64,000 nucleotides of DNA from Thermodesulfobacteriota bacterium (GTDB taxonomy: Bacteria > Desulfobacterota > Desulfarculia > JACQYL01): NCBI GenBank assembly GCA_963675595.2, contig CAXXLZ010000002.1:4256001-4320000 (forward strand). The letters run 5' to 3'. Below are positions 61,358-64,000 of the stretch, one piece after another. How positions within the stretch are numbered: the stretch's first letter is position 1; each line of letters starts with the position of its first letter. Under the pieces are notes generated by a model, which saw only the letters and a program-made list of their open reading frames with translations, ran no database searches and had not been told where the DNA came from. A program made the translations under genes and the position numbers.

Positions 61358-62659
61358 ATGTACCGAAAAGCCTACTCGGAAAAGCTCATGTCCCCGGAAC
61401 AGGCCGTCTCCTTGGTCCCCGGGGGCGCCACCCTGGTCCACGGAATGGCCGCCGCGGAACCGCCCGCTCTGCTGGGGGCCCTGGCGGACCGTGTGCGAGC
61501 CGGGGACGTCAAGGACCTGTATATCTTCTCGTTGCTCCCCATGGCCACGGCGGCCAAGACCATCCTCGCTCCAGATATTGCGGACCAGGTTTCCGCCTAT
61601 ACCTGGTTCGTGAGCCCGTCGGACCGGAACACGGTGAAGAGCGGGTTGTCCTGCTTCGTACCCAACAACTTCCATGAAGTGCCGAGGCTGTGCAGCGAAT
61701 TCATGGACATCGACGTGACCCTCACCACGGTGTCCCCCATGGACAAGGCGGGCTTTTTTTCCTTCGGCGCGGTGAACGACTACATTTCCACGGCCGCCCG
61801 TCACTGCAAAAGACTCATTGTGGAGGTGAACGAGAACATGCCTCGCGTGTTCGGCGACTCCCTGCTGCACATCTCCGAGGTGGACGCCGTGGTGGAGCAC
61901 AATTCCCCTCTGCTCGAACTCTCTCCCTCCAAGCCCTCGGAAGAGGACAAGGTTGTGGCGCGGCGCGTGGCGGAACTGGTGCCCGACGGAGCCACCCTGC
62001 AGTTGGGCATCGGGGGCATTCCCAACGCGACGTGCGCCTTTCTGGAAGACCGCCGGGACCTGGGGGTCCATTCCGAGCTGTTCTGTCCGGGCATGATGGA
62101 CCTCATCCGCAAAGGCGTGATCACCGGCGCTCGAAAGGCCCTGCACCCGCGCAAGCACGTGTTCACCAATGCCCTGGGCACCCGGGAAATGTACGACTTC
62201 ATCCACGACAACCCGAGCATGGAGAGCTACCCGGTGTCCTATATCAACGATCCCGCGGTCATCGCGCGCAACGATCGATTCATCAGCATCAACGCCACTA
62301 TCGAAGTGGACCTGCTGGGTCAGTGCAATTCCGAGTATCTGGGAGACACGCAATACAGCGGCACCGGGGGACAACTGGACTTCGTGCGCGGGGCCTTTAA
62401 TTCAAAGGGAGGCAAATCCATTATCGCGTTTCGCTCCACCGCCAAAAACGGGGAAGTCTCCCGCATCGTTCCGAGCCTCGAAAGCGGCGCCGTGGTCACC
62501 GTGCCCCGCATGGACACCCAGTACCTGGCCACGGAATACGGGGTGACCCAGCTCAAAGGCAAATCCACCCGCGATCGGGCCCTGGAAATCATCAACCTGG
62601 CGCATCCCAAGTTCCGGGACGGGCTCCTCCGGGAAGCCGAGGACCGACGTATCGTGTAG
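61358..62659 (+). CDS. Acetyl-CoA hydrolase/transferase family (4-hydroxybutyrate CoA-transferase-like)
   Basis: LQLGIGGIP, LGVHSEL, SGTGGQLDF, TEYGV..L.GKS...RA..II..AHP.FR. Confidence 0.95.
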   Translation: MYRKAYSEKLMSPEQAVSLVPGGATLVHGMAAAEPPALLGALADRVRAGDVKDLYIFSLLPMATAAKTILAPDIADQVSAYTWFVSPSDRNTVKSGLSCFVPNNFHEVPRLCSEFMDIDVTLTTVSPMDKAGFFSFGAVNDYISTAARHCKRLIVEVNENMPRVFGDSLLHISEVDAVVEHNSPLLELSPSKPSEEDKVVARRVAELVPDGATLQLGIGGIPNATCAFLEDRRDLGVHSELFCPGMMDLIRKGVITGARKALHPRKHVFTNALGTREMYDFIHDNPSMESYPVSYINDPAVIARNDRFISINATIEVDLLGQCNSEYLGDTQYSGTGGQLDFVRGAFNSKGGKSIIAFRSTAKNGEVSRIVPSLESGAVVTVPRMDTQYLATEYGVTQLKGKSTRDRALEIINLAHPKFRDGLLREAEDRRIV

Positions 62660-62768
62660 GGAACGCACGGATAGTCCGATATGCACGGGGGAAGACTTTC
62701 GAGAAAGTCTTCCCCCGCACCCCGCTGATGCGGGCTCCGTCCCCGGCGGGACGAAGCCGATTGCGATG

Positions 62769-64000
62769 TTACGGCCGGTTGTCGCCTTTTTTCACGAGTT
62801 CGACGACCACCTCATTCTCGTAACGGCCCGGACGCACGGTGCGTGTTTCGGAATAGGGTTCGTATCCCTCGGCGTTCAGGGTCAGCTCGTATTCACCTTC
62901 CGGCAATCCGTAGAAGCAGAAGTATCCTTTTACCGCGAAATCCGTTCCCGACAGGTAATGCTCGATATATCCGCTGTCTTCCTCTTCGGGAACGAGGGTA
63001 CGGGTGATTCCGTTCCCCTTGAGCGTGATGGATTGGATGCGGACGTCCATGTCCGGAGGCTGGTAGGCACCGGCCGACAGGGCGTCCGTGCCGATATTCG
63101 CAACGTATCCGATGAGGTTTCCTCTGGGTTTCATGGAAAATTCCACGGTGGGCGTTTCGCCGGGCCGGATGGTGACGGGCACGGCGGCGGGTTCCGGAAC
63201 GAAGGAGTAGGCCACCAGGCTGACTTCGTATTTTCCCGGGAGAAAGGGACCGTATCGTCGTCCCGAATCTTCCGGGTCCAGGTAAACGATCACCTCGGAT
63301 TGTCCTCGGTCCATTGGCCGGAGAACCAGGACCGGTCTGGGCTTGGGCGGTCCTTCGGGAAGATCAAAGGAGAAATCGACGCGCACTCCGTTGCCGGGTT
63401 CTTTGGCGGCATCCTTGCTTCGTTCATAGGCTGCGTCGAGGACGGCGTTGTATTGAGACAGCACGAGTTCGCTCGAGAGAATACTCATGTGGTCTTCATT
63501 GAATCCGTAGACCATGCCGGCCTCCCTCTGGGCGCGTGGATCGAGCTGACTCGCCAGGGTAACGGTCTTGTCGTTGTTCGGCCGCAAGGGATTGCGGTTG
63601 CCCTTGTGCCCGAAGAAAAGCGTGTGTTCCACCGTAGGCGGCAGTTTCTTCTGAAAAATCCCTTTAATAAACGCGCTGTTCCGCTGCATATCGATCCACG
63701 CGGGAACCACGGCCGGGGAGTACTTGACGCCCATTTCCGCAAGCTCTTCTCCTCCCCAGGGCGTTGAGATGGAGATGAAACGGGCGATCCTGGGGCAAGC
63801 CATGGGGAAGGTGACCAGCAAGGACCGAACCACAAGGCCGCCCATGCTGTGTGCCGTAATGTACAGCTCCTGGAACCCATATCTGCTCTGAAGATTGGAC
63901 AACTTCCAGAGCAGCAGATAGGACATGGAATCAATGGAGGCGCCCGAAGGATAATAGAAGAACCACGGCTGGAATTTGTCCCTGTCGATGTTTTCGCAGA
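62769..64000 (-). CDS. Alpha/beta hydrolase with C-terminal carboxypeptidase-regulatory-like domains (5' end beyond the window)
   Basis: AHSMGG nucleophile elbow, STPWGG, NDKTV, EDHMSIL. Confidence 0.85.
   Translation of the reverse strand, partial: CENIDRDKFQPWFFYYPSGASIDSMSYLLLWKLSNLQSRYGFQELYITAHSMGGLVVRSLLVTFPMACPRIARFISISTPWGGEELAEMGVKYSPAVVPAWIDMQRNSAFIKGIFQKKLPPTVEHTLFFGHKGNRNPLRPNNDKTVTLASQLDPRAQREAGMVYGFNEDHMSILSSELVLSQYNAVLDAAYERSKDAAKEPGNGVRVDFSFDLPEGPPKPRPVLVLRPMDRGQSEVIVYLDPEDSGRRYGPFLPGKYEVSLVAYSFVPEPAAVPVTIRPGETPTVEFSMKPRGNLIGYVANIGTDALSAGAYQPPDMDVRIQSITLKGNGITRTLVPEEEDSGYIEHYLSGTDFAVKGYFCFYGLPEGEYELTLNAEGYEPYSETRTVRPGRYENEVVVELVKKGDNRP

Noticed and set aside
61352-63767. Long alternative ORFs (61352-62374 minus, 62766-63767 plus)
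   Set aside because: They are antisense shadows of GC-rich genes with clear motifs on the other strand.

Overview
The window looks bacterial; the gene content suggests a Desulfobacterota-type anaerobe, which is inference. It has two parts. (A) Bases 1-49527 are the right-hand part of a genomic island that ends in a duplicated 3' half of tRNA-Phe (att site, 49481-49527). The integrase and the intact tRNA are not in the window. Cargo includes four PAS/GAF hybrid histidine kinases (one split by an IS1111-type IS110 whose guide-RNA region matches the reconstructed target), a NarL-type regulator, an FkbM methyltransferase and two sigma54-type PEP-CTERM/VPLPA-CTERM genes, one behind a c-di-GMP-I riboswitch. 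The backbone is unusual. It has an Orc1/Cdc6 initiator next to an AT-rich tract flanked by ORB-like boxes, BRE-TATA-like motifs 21-22 nt upstream of several SD-less start codons, a ScpA-like gene, a Cas4-like nuclease plus HerA/VirB4-like ATPase, RadC, a small SSB-like protein, and an AAA/DUF1257/DUF2997/DUF3150 operon. The AAA gene is interrupted by two head-to-tail 2561-bp group II introns. (B) Bases 49528-64000 are chromosome: rubredoxin, a VOC protein, transposase remnants, a HEPN-motif gene, HicB, a MinD/HAMP/SAHH-like/cupin cluster, many REP/MITE-like repeats, a CoA-transferase and an alpha/beta hydrolase. All family assignments come from motifs read by eye, not from database searches.
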